Of a stretch of 50,108 nt of DNA, positions 38,622 through 50,108 are shown in pieces; position 1 is the first letter of the stretch; every line of letters starts with the position of its first letter. The notes beneath the pieces were generated by a model. It saw nothing but the letters and a program-made list of their open reading frames with translations, had not been told where the DNA came from and did no database searches. Origin of the DNA: Girardia tigrina (lineage: Eukaryota); the NCBI GenBank assembly GCA_001938485.1, contig MQRK01238190.1:1-50108 (forward strand), read 5' to 3'. The position numbers were made by a program, and so were the translations under genes.

Positions 38622-40713
38622 TTATAGAACAGCTTATTCGATAATTGTTTCTATTCGATACAGAGTCTATGGCTCACTACCCTGTACATCAATGCTGGTA
38701 CTGTAGTCTCTACAATACTCAGTTATTCGTCCAATCGGGGGAAGCTGATATTTATTATACTCTCGATGTCGAAATGAAAATTCGTTTCTGGTTTACGCAA
38801 AGAATAGAATGATAATAAATTGTGTAACTGGTGTGTGTGTTGTGTGAAATTTTTTTATGTGAAATAATTTTTTTTTAAAAAAAATTTGTTTGTGTGAAAT
38901 AATTTTTACAAAGATTTTTCTTTAACAATATTCTATAGCCCGGACAAAACTGTGTAAATAATTTGTATAGCCCACCCCTATCATACAGTTTCCCGTTTGA
39001 CTTAATTTTGTGAGCCGATTTTATTTTAATATAATTTCTTGATTAATGTTTTAGTTTAATTTTAAGTTTGATAATTTAGCTAATGAAATAAATATTAATG
39101 AAATAAATAATAATGAAATAATAATATTTCGGTAAACCTCATTAAATATTTTTGTAATAATATGTGTAGAATTTTTTTGTATGCTTGGTGATTTATACTG
39201 TCTAGAAATCAAATTCATTTTATTTTGAATGAATGAGTTGTGTCTGTTTATATTCTTTTTGTTAAATGTGTGATTGTAGAATGTTGTAATTTTTGTTTTG
39301 GGTATGTACGATAGTGTTGGATTAATTGTTTGAGTTTGGTTCCTGTTGATTTTTTTAAAGTATTTTGCAGCATTTCTGTATATTAAAGTTTTATTTTTGC
39401 AATCGACTAGTAAGTTGTAGTGTGTTAGAAAATCTGCCCCTAAGATGGCTTTGGGAATGTCAGTGATTATAAAGTTCCAGATAAAAATTTTGTTTGCGAG
39501 CGTTAAACTGTAAGTCTTTGAACCAAAGATTTTAATCTCTGATCCATTGGCTGCGAACAATTTTGTGTTTGGATGGTAGTGTGTTTGTATAAAATGGCTT
39601 GCCGGAATAACAAAAACAACTGAACCTGTGTCAACGAGAAAACTAAAACTTGTGTTTTGCGGTTGCACCGTAAATATACTATAAATTTCATCTAGTTTTG
39701 GTGCGTCCCTGATGACTGTTTGTGTTTAAATGGTTGTTTTTGAAGTTTCACGGGGGTGTACATTTGAACGCATTATTTCCATACTTAGTGTGAATAGAAA
39801 CAAAGTGTATTGTTTTCAGTGTTTGCATTTAAAGTTTTTATTTCGTCGTTTAAATTTTCGATTTTTTTAATAAAAATTCAATTGTTTTGTTGTTTTCCTC
39901 TTTTTTATGATATTTTTTGCGGTACTGCGTTAATGGAATTGAATTTATTTATGTAGATTTGATCTGCGAGTGTGCCTTGTTCTTCTAGCGTTAGATCTTT
40001 GTTTGCAATTATGATGTTTTTGATGTTGACTGGAAGGATTCGTTTAAAAAAATCTGGTCAGAGTGATGTTGGGTTGTTTATTCTCGTCTCTTAATTTTTG
40101 TGTCAGTTCGGCTAAGTATTCTGATGGCTTTCTGTCGCCTAAACTGGTTTCGTTATAACATTCTTCGAGTATTCGATTCAGGTTATGTGGGTAAAATTTG
40201 TTCAGTGTCTCGGATAGATATGTTAATGGTTTTGAAGATTTTGAAAATTTGTATAGCTTGTCGTTGATCTTATTGAGTATACATGGTGGTAAATGATTTA
40301 TTTTATGTTTGCAAATATCTTTTTCATCGTTGATGTTATTGAATTTAAAGAGGTTGATGCATGTTTCTAACCATTGATTTATGTATTACTTGTTGTTTAA
40401 AGAGAACTGTGGTATTTTGAAATGGATTTTATTTGTTGTTGTAGTGTTGAATGTATGATTGATTTCATAGGATGAATTGTTGTTACTATTATCATAATGA
40501 TTTGGAATGTTCTTTGATGTTTGTTTTGTAAGGACTTTGTTTTGAGTTTGTGGTGATTGTTTTTTTATATTTTTTTGTTCTAAGCATTTTGTTGTGATAT
40601 GTGATGTCAGTGATTGTGTGTTAAAAAGAAACTGTGTTTTCTGTAGTTTCTGACACCAGTTATAGAACAACTTATTTCCTAATTAAACGAATAATCGAAT
40701 AAGCTGTTCTACA
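38622..40713 (-). mobile_element. Ty3/gypsy-derived gag+protease-only element with very short self-complementary terminal repeat
   Basis: Terminal 55 bp TGTAGAACAGCTTATT...AATAAGTTGTTCTATAAC (40713-40659), then PBS TGGTGTCAGAAA (40658-40647). Gag motifs FKIPQF, LGDRKPSEYL and CFY.TKYGNNAFKCTPP, then retropepsin. No RT, RNase H or integrase. The far end ...AATAAGCTGTTCTATAA lies at 38622. Confidence 0.72.
39051..39668 (-). CDS. Retropepsin (A2 aspartic protease) domain with hydrophobic C-terminal tail
   Basis: FLVDTGSVVFVIP, LFAANGSEIKIFG and AILGADFL..YNLLVD. Open frame; probably the tail of a frameshifted gag-pro rather than an independent gene. Confidence 0.85.
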   Translation of the reverse strand: MQPQNTSFSFLVDTGSVVFVIPASHFIQTHYHPNTKLFAANGSEIKIFGSKTYSLTLANKIFIWNFIITDIPKAILGADFLTHYNLLVDCKNKTLIYRNAAKYFKKINRNQTQTINPTLSYIPKTKITTFYNHTFNKKNINRHNSFIQNKMNLISRQYKSPSIQKNSTHIITKIFNEVYRNIIISLLFISLIFISLAKLSNLKLN

Positions 40714-43700
40714 GGAAATAAAATATCCCAAACTAGTCTAGTGCAAATTAGACGAATTTGATATAAAAAGAATAAAAGAACGAAACTAATAAACAACTTT
40801 TAAAACTTTATTGAGTAAATAGGGAAAATTATTAACCTGTAGATACAACGGTTTTCAGTCATTAAACAATTAACACGTAGAAGTATCAGTTTCTAGTCGA
40901 TTGTCGCGTGAGCTGTTCCACATTTTCCAATCGATTGTTGAGCGAAATGTTTCTTGACCGTTTGCTTTTTTTTGTATTCGTCTTCTATTTTTTTAACATA
41001 GAGAGTCCTCAAAAACGGTTTTGAAGTGTAGAAAGATTGTTTAAACCGAGACTTTGATTGCCTGTCGGCAGTGTACTAATTAGCCTGACGATATCTAATT
41101 AGAAATTTTAATTTCTAATTGATATTTTTTTATCGATTCACAACTTTTTATTATTCCAACGATCGAGAATAATATTAATAATAATATTAATAATATAGGT
41201 TGTTAATATTGAAGTTTCTAAGATGTGCCTCTTGCTTGACCAATTGACGGACATGCCGGTTGACTGATCACTAACGATATGAGTTTCTTCACTACTAGAG
41301 CGACTGAAATCTGTGCTGCTTTGCAACATTTTCTTTATTTCTTCGGCATCTGTGCGTGTTTTTTTTGAAATCGTAAAATATTTTAAAATCAACAATAAGA
41401 AGACAACACATAAAATCACAGACAATAAAAAAACTATGTACATTCACAAGAGGTAAAGGAAAAGAAATAAACACATGCAAAAATAACAAACACCATCCGT
41501 TTACAAAAGTGACGTATCACAGTACTGACTGATATCATAACCGATTAATAATAGTATGTTGCAAGGTTGGTATTGGATAGTAGAATGATTCAGAGTAATG
41601 ATGATGGAATAATCCATGACCGAAATAATAGAATGATTGGAGTTGTTTTCGACTTACTTAGTTATCCACATGATCAGAATTTATAGAGAAATATTTATTA
41701 CTTTTTTATTGTCATAATTTTTAATTGTTGAGTTGAATTTTATTGGAATTATTGATTGATTATTATATTTTTAAGGTACATGCTAAAGACCCATTGTGCA
41801 AAATTTTCAATTAACCCAGTCCGAATTCATGAAATCTCTTTTTCTACTCTCTTTTATTTCAATATTTCTTTATTTCAAAACAATATGAACACATAAATAA
41901 TAAAGAGAAAAGGTTGCAGGAAATATAAAACATTTTATACATGGAAATACGTTAAATTAAGAGATAAATATGTGATATCAGATGAATAAAAGGAATGAGT
42001 GTTAAGCACTTTACAGTAATGTTAAACAAGTATAATAAATTATGAAAAAAATAATATAAATTGTATTTACAAAGCATAAATGACTACATTTGTAGAGTAA
42101 ACAAAATCATACATTACAATCAGAGAACAAACAAAGTTATTTCAAAATATAAATTCAATAAATTAATTGAAAATATTTTAATTGGTTCGTTATTCTATTA
42201 TTTCTGTCGGGGATTATTCTATAATTATTCTATAATTAATTCGTTAATAGTTCAAAAATATCTTATTATGGATGTTCACATCGTGGTGGCAAAAGGCTTA
42301 GCACCCATCGTTAAAATAAAAATTAAAAAAATAAAAATTATAGCCTTAAAATATTTAAAAGTTATAAAAGGATGGTAGAAAAAGTTCGGTCTATAATTTC
42401 TGTCATAAAAAGAACATTTTTATGTTTTTTGTTCAAATAAATTAAATTTTTATGCCACTAAAATTTACATTATTAATAAATCATAAATTTACATTTCTTA
42501 TTTTTCTTATCTTTGGTGTTAAAAATAGTAAATTAAAACAACTAATAAAATAATTTATAATTACCTAAATTGTTACCTAATTCATTTTCACGAATTTGTC
42601 GGTTCACGAAAGAGAAATTATTTATTTTTTTTATTTATTAACGGTTTTGTTGGTGTTAAGGGGGGCGCAGCGCCGTGGCGGCGTCCCAAGTTTGGAGAAT
42701 CAATGTTTCCGGAACAGAGGGGGAAACGCAACTCAATCTCACTGCATATTTTTAATACATGTTTCGGTTTTCCGAACGATGGTGATTTGCGACCGATATA
42801 TGCGATTCTCACCATTTTAAATAATTTCTCTAAGAACGATAATGTTATCTCGCGTACGACGTGGTTTTCATTTCTCTGTTTTCTCGCGACCCCAAACAAG
42901 TAATTTATCATCCGATGTGTTATCTAGCGTCCTTGCTATTCGAATAAAATCATCCCAATCTTTTTCTCCGGTCATTACATTTATATTTGAAAAAGGAGAA
43001 AAATCGTCGAGAAATTCCTAAGAATAATGATATGACAAATTTTTAATTGAAGGTACAATATTTACAATTTTTCCATATTAAATTAGCGCCGATTATATCA
43101 ACAATGATCAATTAAAACAACCAAATCATCAATATCGATCAAAATTCAAACACAATTTCTTAATCAGCTGATAAAAAAATTACATCTTCAAAATATGATT
43201 TGTCATCAGAATATTTTTATCATTCAATAAAAAAATACATGTATATAATTTTTAAAAAGATTTTTCTTCAACAATATTCTTAGTCTAATTACATTTATAG
43301 AAAAAAGTAAAAAAAGCAAACATTCTTTATAATTAAAAAATGTATATTCAAACATTTACAAATTCAAATTCTGTTCATTTACTAATTTTAACGACAGAAA
43401 GATCAGTATCTATAACGAAAAAATCTGGATTGAACACTTTGTTATCAAGGGTGATTTCTGACTGTTGAGATTCAACAAAATTTGATCAAACAGATTTTCC
43501 TATGAACGATAACTTTGAAATTCTATAAAACTTCCAATGGAGTGATCATCGATAAAACTCTGTCAATTATTTTCTTTTGATAAAAATGATCATTTATTTG
43601 AGACAGAATCGTTTTAGATTGCGGAGACCCCTCATTGATAAGGGGGACCTCTATGACTGTTTCATTGAGTTAACCGTTCGGAAATCTTTGTTATACAAAT

Positions 43701-44704
43701 CTATTATTACATTTGGATTAAAATTTCTGTCGTATTTATCCTCAATCATTGAACAGACTTCCACATCGAAATATTTCAAGTTTTTATTGCGCTCCGCAAA
43801 TGTCTGATTTGCAATGATGAGCTCAAATATGTTGCCCCCTAAAAAAAACAAATCAAACAGTTTTGATAACCAATATTAGCACATTTTCTTATATATTTGA
43901 GAAATATTTATGAATGACTACTTCGAAAAGGATGTGTCAAATTAAAATAAACGTTTAACTTCTTGAACCTTCAAAATTTCTGCCTGTCCCCATGTTTGGA
44001 AACCACTGATTTAAATCATGTAATATCACTTACAAACAGACAGATGGTATATAATAAAACAAAAATTATTTTTAATTAAAATAAAATATATTTTATAAAT
44101 TTTTTGTTGATTATATAATTTTATATGTATTTTCGTAAAGTTTAGACTTGATAGGGGAAACAGAAAGGAAATATTTCTCATTCATTTTATCTCCTCTGCC
44201 AATTGTATGATAATCTTATGTTATAAAAGCCAACAAATTTATGATTTCCCAAATTGAGAACATTTAGGAAAATGTTGACTCCGGCTTACCGTCGAAAATA
44301 TAATCCAATGTTTTATAATCAAATGGGCGTTAATATCACGAGCAGCAATTATTGTCTCGCAATATTGGATATCAGCAATGTCCAATGTTCGGTCTTAATT
44401 TATGATAAAACAAATAAAACTGAGTTTCTAATAAATTTTCAATGGATAAATAATTTTAAATTACTTGTTTCCTCGAATAAAATGAAGCGGTTTTGTTTTT
44501 TTAAAAAAATATTTGAAATTTTGAGACATTTTTATGACTGAAATATATATAAATATATCTATGAACATTGTTACTACCGAAATTTTAGTGATATCCTTGA
44601 CGAAGTACCAAACTCATTTAAAAATTATTCAATTGTAACTTCTTATTACGAAAATAAAAGATTTAAAATTAAAAATATTGAACCAGCATAACGGATTAAT
44701 ATTA

Positions 44705-45972
44705 TTAGGTTAGTCGAAAAATAATGGCGGTTTTGGGATACAAACTTCAAAGACGCGCAAATTCACAGAAACAAAAGTTTATTAATCAAAGTATGAACCG
44801 TTGGCATCAATACATTTTGCCAATGAGAAACAAGTTGTTTTATTCCATCAGCATAAAATGCATCGGTTCTCGAAGCGACGAATTCTTGGAATGCATTTTG
44901 AGCATCATTTTGGTTTTTGAAAATTTTTTCACGTAGGAAGTTGNNNNNNNNNNNNNNNNNNNNNNNNNNNNNNNNNNNNNNNNNNNNNNNNNNNNNNNNN
45001 NNNNNNNNNNNNNNNNNNNNNNNNNNNNNNNNNNNNNNNNNNNNNNNNNNNNNNNNNNNNNNNNNNNNNNNNNNNNNNNNNNNNNNNNNNNNNNNNNNNN
45101 NNNNNNNNNNNNNNNNNNNNNNNNNNNNNNNNNNNNNNNNNNNTCAATTTCATGACAGTACCTCTCCGCTGTGATTGTTTCACCTGGATTCAAGAAACTA
45201 TAGAGGATGATTCCAGCATCACACCACAAAACTGTCACCATAACCTTACGGGGTGTTAGTTTTGGTTTTGGAAAGTGTTTCGGTACTTCATCTTTGTCCA
45301 ACCACTGTAAAGATCGACGTCGGTTATCATACAGGATCCATTTCCCATCACATGTAACAATACGATCAAGAAATGGATCGTTTTTATTGCGAAGGTGATT
45401 GGCAGAACAAATTTCATAGCGTCGGTTCTTTTGATTTTCATTCAAATCATGTGGAACCCATTTATCAAGTTTNNNNNNNNNNNNNNNNNNNNNNNNNNNN
45501 NNNNNNNNNNNNNNNNNNNNNNNNNNNNNNNNNNNNNNNNNNNNNNNNNNNNNNNNCCACCATTGTCCTCAAATTGTCGTTGTTCACAGCAACTGGACGA
45601 CCACGACCTTCTTCATCTTCAAGATTTTCATCTCCATCAGAAAATTTTCGGAACCATCGTTGCACTGTGCGCTCAAAAGCTGTTTCCTTGCCAAACGCTT
45701 TATTGATATTGCGAGCCGTTTCTGCTGCTTTACGACCCAGTTTAAATTCATACAAGAAAATTGCTCGAATTTTAATTTTTCCATTATTAATTTAGCACCG
45801 TAAATATTCTAAAAAATAACAGCAATATGTTAATAATTGCTATAGGAATATACAGCTAGGCATAAGATTTTAAATAATATCTAACACTAATGCATTTAAA
45901 CTTATATACATATCAAAGTAGATAAACAAAGTATAAAACTCAAAAACCGCCATTAATTTTCGACCAACCTAA
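44705..45972 (-). mobile_element. Mariner element, cecropia (Hsmar1-like) subfamily, defective
   Basis: TIRs TTAGGTTRGTCGAAAAWTAATGGCGGTTTT with TA TSD, 1268 bp. Protein IRAIFLYEFKLGRKAAETARNIN...LEDEEGRGRP...WVPH..NENQKNRR...FLDRIVTCDGKWILYDNRRR...PKHFPKP...YSFLNPGETIT. Frameshifts near both ends, and N gaps. Confidence 0.96.
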
Positions 45973-46329
45973 TACAAGTGTTATCTCCTAGCAGGTAGAT
46001 TTATGTTTCCTAAATCAGGCATAGGAGTTACAAAGATTACCATGAACCAAAAATAACACATGTATCGTTTTGCATTGATTCACACTGCATATTTATTAAA
46101 AAAATATAAATTAAAGATGACATAATGTTAAGGTTAGGACCCTGATAAAATTGCTGAAGAAGTATCAGGGTATGGTACAAAATGTTAACCTTGTTGATTG
46201 TCGCAAACACTGATCATTGACTCTGTGAAACCAAATCAAGTACTTGTAGACAACTTTATCAGGCGGATTCAGCTTTCCACATTTACCAAAACAATCTTGA
46301 AGTGTACCTCTTTAAGAAAAAAAAGAACA

Positions 46330-47560
46330 CTACAAGAATGATTCAAAGTTACCTCCTTGCATTCAAATGCAAACCTTAAATCTCTTTAAAAGATTTGTAA
46401 CACAGGCCGCAAGTTCTTCTGAGTTGATATTCTCCAATGTTGTCAGTACAGATGACTTAAGGAATTCAATACTTGTGATTGAACAACGATCATTGTAGCG
46501 AAGCCGCGGTGAACTGTCTCCATGCTTCACCTTTTCTCTATACAAAAATATGCATGTTAAACTTGCCCTTTTTGGACCTTGTTTCACTCTCGCATTCACA
46601 TTCTTCTCACGGTCTTATGTCCCAAACTCAATCTCTAACTGCCCAAAATGACTATTTGAATTAACATCAATTTAACTGTTGAGATATAAATGTATTCTCC
46701 TCAAAGAGAATCTCAGTTTAACTATTCAATAAAAATTTAAATAAAAAATATTAATTTTAATCATTTCTCATCACAGATTAAATCCACATAAATATTGTAA
46801 ATAATAATAAAACAGTCTAAACACAAATCATAACGTTAAATAAATTATCACTCAACTGAAAAATTTTCTCTTTTTTAACTGATATTTGCCTCTTTTAGCC
46901 CCGACTTGAATCCAAGCATAAACATTTTACCAAAATCTTCGAACAAATGGTGCGTGTAGTAACATACGCTCTGTGTTCGAGAATGGAGCATATAATGAAG
47001 GCAAAGGGATTGAAATCTGGGCTACATGGTTGCCAAAGATAGTTTCACCGAAAATCCATTTTTCAGCTAGATTTTTTCAGTGCTGGGGTTTAACCTTGGT
47101 GGAGCGAGAATGATTTAAAATTGAAGTTGGAATGACCCATTTTAAGGGCTAACCTTAAAAATATCATTAAACTATTCAACACTGTTGAATTTGATGTCCT
47201 TGTCAATGAAAATGAGGACAGCTTAACCCATTGAAAAGACTCCCACTACAACAATGTCCGATTGTGGAAAATTGGAGCAAGATACATATTTAGCATTGGA
47301 AGAGAATTAGGTATCTTTAGATAATATTTGTGAGAGAGCTTCACTGCGAAAATGTTTTCAATAGAAAAGATAACTAGATAAATGTGTAACTTAGCTGCCC
47401 AATGTAAGAAATGATCATTCTTTTTCAAGACATGCATACATCATTGACGCATTAAATATGTCTTTTACATACGGCAGAAGAAAAGCATCAGATCATTCTT
47501 CTTAATCCTCAGCATCGTTCCCTCTGAGATACTTTACCTTTTGGCGATCTGAAGCAAAGG
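46330..47560 (-). mobile_element. Very decayed second maT/DD37D-type transposase, split by a ~460-bp insertion (~46481-46946)
   Basis: VIFSIENIF (cf. FSDEK), LIFIDKDIKFNS, LHQG*TPA, LWQPCSPDFNPF..ICSILE; after the insertion, SIEFLK...NLLKRFKVCI*MQGGNFESFL*. TIRs not identified. Confidence 0.62.
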
Positions 47561-48340
47561 GCAGTGTGAATTTTACTTTATTTTCTTTTGAAGCTCCGGA
47601 GTGTTTACTAATTATCAACTGTTAGAATATCTTTTACGTGGCTTTTTTCTTTGTAGATTCGATGAATACTTCTGACGCTCATCCCTAAAATAGACATATC
47701 TTTAACAATCTTTACTTCCTGACTCATTTAACTAAAATATGACAAAAATCGACTTTTGCATTTTATAAAATAAATATCTAGTAAAGGACAAGTGTGGAAA
47801 GTATTTTATCAATTAATGAGTTATAACAAAAGTTTCGGAAATTACAAAATACCACAGAAATTCGATAAAGCAATAAACTCGATACTTAATATACACCTTG
47901 TAATATATTGACAATGATTTTACATGACAAGAATTCGTGAATGTAATATTTGATCGGTCAAATCATTAATTTTTTATGTTTTTAACTCCAGCTATCACAT
48001 AATAAACATTAATGACGGAGTAAACAAACTGAATTTTCTTCAAATAAAATTATGTTGCTACTTCTAAGTCTAAGTTCTTTATTTTCAATTCTCTATTTAA
48101 TATTAAATATAATAAAATATATTTTAAAGGTTTTATGCATTTTTATTATCGTTTTTTTGAATTAATTTTAAATATCCCTTATCAAAACAACCAAAAAAAC
48201 AATTGACTTTTTATTAATTGAAACAAAGAAAACTGTTTTCTATTCTCTGTTTGCTACGGTTACTTTCACAACAAACAAGATGGAGGAGAATTTTGTGTTT
48301 TACAATAAAAATTTGTTTATAAAATTAGAAAAAAATTGTT

Positions 48341-48475
48341 TAATTTATTTGAACATTGTATATAATTCTCACAAATTCATTTCATTTTATTATTCGATAA
48401 TTTGAATATTTATCAAATTATTGAATGTAAAATCTCTAAAAGATTTGTAAAAAATAATGTCGACCCCTGTTTGAG
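48341..48475 (+). repeat. Direct repeat, copy 1 (copy 2 at 49089-49236)
   Basis: taatttatttgaacattgtatataattctcac...gtcgacccc near-identical in both; copy 2 carries an extra ~12 bp. Confidence 0.95.
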
Positions 48476-48795
48476 AATATAAAAGGTAAAAAAAATGTTT
48501 TAAAGTTTGAGAAATTTTGTGTATTGGTTTATTGAGTTTTGTTTGTTGTAAATGTAAAGAAAATGTAATTAAATTAAAAAATTTTAAGTTTAAAAAATTT
48601 ATATATTAGTTAAATTCATGTTTGTAAAAAAACTGTTATTATTATTATGGTTACAATTATTAAATTATGTAAAAAATGTAAATTTTATGCATTGTTTGAA
48701 TGCATCAATGGTAGGAGATTTTTGATATGAAATAAAGATTTACTAACCGATTACGATTTATTATTTAAAGAAAAATATTCAATAAATGAAATTGA

Positions 48796-49081
48796 ATGTC
48801 TAATTTAAAAGAATATATAACTTTACCATTTGATCATATTTTTAATATGGATTATTTTATGAAGACATTCGAAGATAATCATGTAAGAATTCAGAGATTG
48901 CGTATCAAAGAAATTGAAGAAATTTCAGCACCTATTAAAATTTGTGAAGACATTCATGATCAATCGAATGAATTAATGAGAATATTTCAAAATAGTTTGT
49001 GGAAAATCATCAACTGACAGATTTTTGTTTCTTGGGCATTATGTTGACCGCGGTTCTTGTTCATTGTTTGCTTATAAAATT
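48796..49081 (+). pseudogene. PPP-family Ser/Thr phosphatase (PP1-like) N-terminal fragment
   Basis: EISAPIKICEDIHDQ..ELMRIF (cf. APIKICGDIHGQ..DLLRLF). After a frameshift, RFLFLGHYVDRGSCS / LFAYKI (cf. FLGDYVDRG...LLAYKI). Metal-binding motifs mutated; truncated before GNHE. Confidence 0.82.
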
Positions 49082-49088
49082 AATTCTG

Positions 49089-49236
49089 TAATTTATTTGA
49101 ACATTGTATATAATTCTCACAAATTCATTTCATTTTATTATTTATTTTAGTATTCGATAATTTGAATATTTATCAAATTATTGAATGTAAAATCTCTAAA
49201 AGATTTGTAAAAATAATGTCGACCCCCTTGTTCGAG
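49089..49236 (+). repeat. Direct repeat, copy 2
   Basis: Direct alignment to 48341-48475. Confidence 0.95.
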
Positions 49237-50058
49237 CAATGTAACGAAATATGTTATTTAATCAATAATTTTGTAAATGTATAATTTGATGTAATATGTA
49301 AAAACATCACAAATCTTTGGCAGTTATATGAATATTATTTTATATAAAAATATTTTTTATAAATAATATTTTATTAATATGATACATTGTGTAAGTGCAA
49401 TCCAATATAATTAATAATAGAAATAACAGGAATAAAAAAATGTAACACTTTTTGAAGAAAGAACTTTATTTGGAACACCTATGTTACGAAAAATTCAAAA
49501 GACAAATCAAAATCAAAGTTCGATAATAAATGAAAATTTATTTAACTCCACAATTCTTTTGCTGTACTCAAATTTCCCGCCAAATTTTCCAATTATTAAA
49601 ACAACTACTCATTAATTGTTACTTAATTTATCGTCATTTACACAACATATTTAAAATCCTAAAAATATAAAATTATAAATAAATATTTATTTTATTTATC
49701 TCATACAAAATTTTTTTATATTATATAATCTACATAAGATTAGGTATACATTATAAATATATATAAATATATATTAGATATTCATTATAAATATATATAC
49801 TTGAAAAATAATTTTGTTTGAGATTTTTTAAAGAAATCGATATTGAACATATTTCGAAATTTCAAACATTAAAACTAACAAATATTACAAACATAATGTA
49901 GTTTGATTATTTATAATTTATGCTATATGGAGTATAAAAACTTGTCTAAAAACAATGAGCTTAGAATTTCAAATTTTTGAATATCCGTAATCTTCAAATG
50001 TTATCGTTGCCTTTCTTTCATTTAATTTTTATTGTTCCCTTATACTATTTTTCCTTTA

Positions 50059-50061
<3 letters not shown>

Positions 50062-50108
<47 letters not shown>
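50062..50108. repeat. (TA)n microsatellite at window end
   Basis: AT dinucleotide run with one G interruption. Confidence 0.95.

Noticed and set aside
43985-44010. hAT-like terminus (tttggaaaccactg)
   Set aside because: No partner TIR, 8-bp TSD or transposase found.
46481-46946. Insertion in the second maT relic as a BEL/Pao solo LTR (ends ...ttcgaaca)
   Set aside because: No convincing TSD or clear left boundary; recorded only as an unassigned insertion.

Overview
Very AT-rich eukaryotic genomic DNA with TA microsatellites and N gaps or masks that fall inside repeats. I see no confidently intact host gene. The window is a graveyard of transposons and pseudogenes. DNA transposons: three mariner (DD34D) elements, one Hsmar1/cecropia-like; two maT/DD37D elements; a near-intact Tc1/Tc3-like DD34E element plus a gapped Tc1-type end; two pogo/Tigger-type MITEs; piggyBac and probable Chapaev3 ends; and a non-autonomous Helitron. 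Retroelements: a decayed Penelope-like element with a hammerhead-like motif; a decayed Ty3/gypsy element with a nested insertion in its integrase; and a tangled nest (34-41 kb) of short-LTR non-autonomous retroelements, including a gag-protease-only element. Decayed host sequences: a 28S rRNA 3' fragment, a histone H2A pseudogene, a PP1-like phosphatase fragment and what look like several papain/cathepsin-family pseudogene copies. I cannot demonstrate a new biological system from this sequence alone. The best leads are the short-LTR retroelement mosaic, the Helitron with an internal inverted 5' end, host fragments bracketed by ~120-145 bp direct repeats, and the 1.1-kb structured spacer inside the 28S relic. 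All family calls are by-eye motif recognition, not database results.
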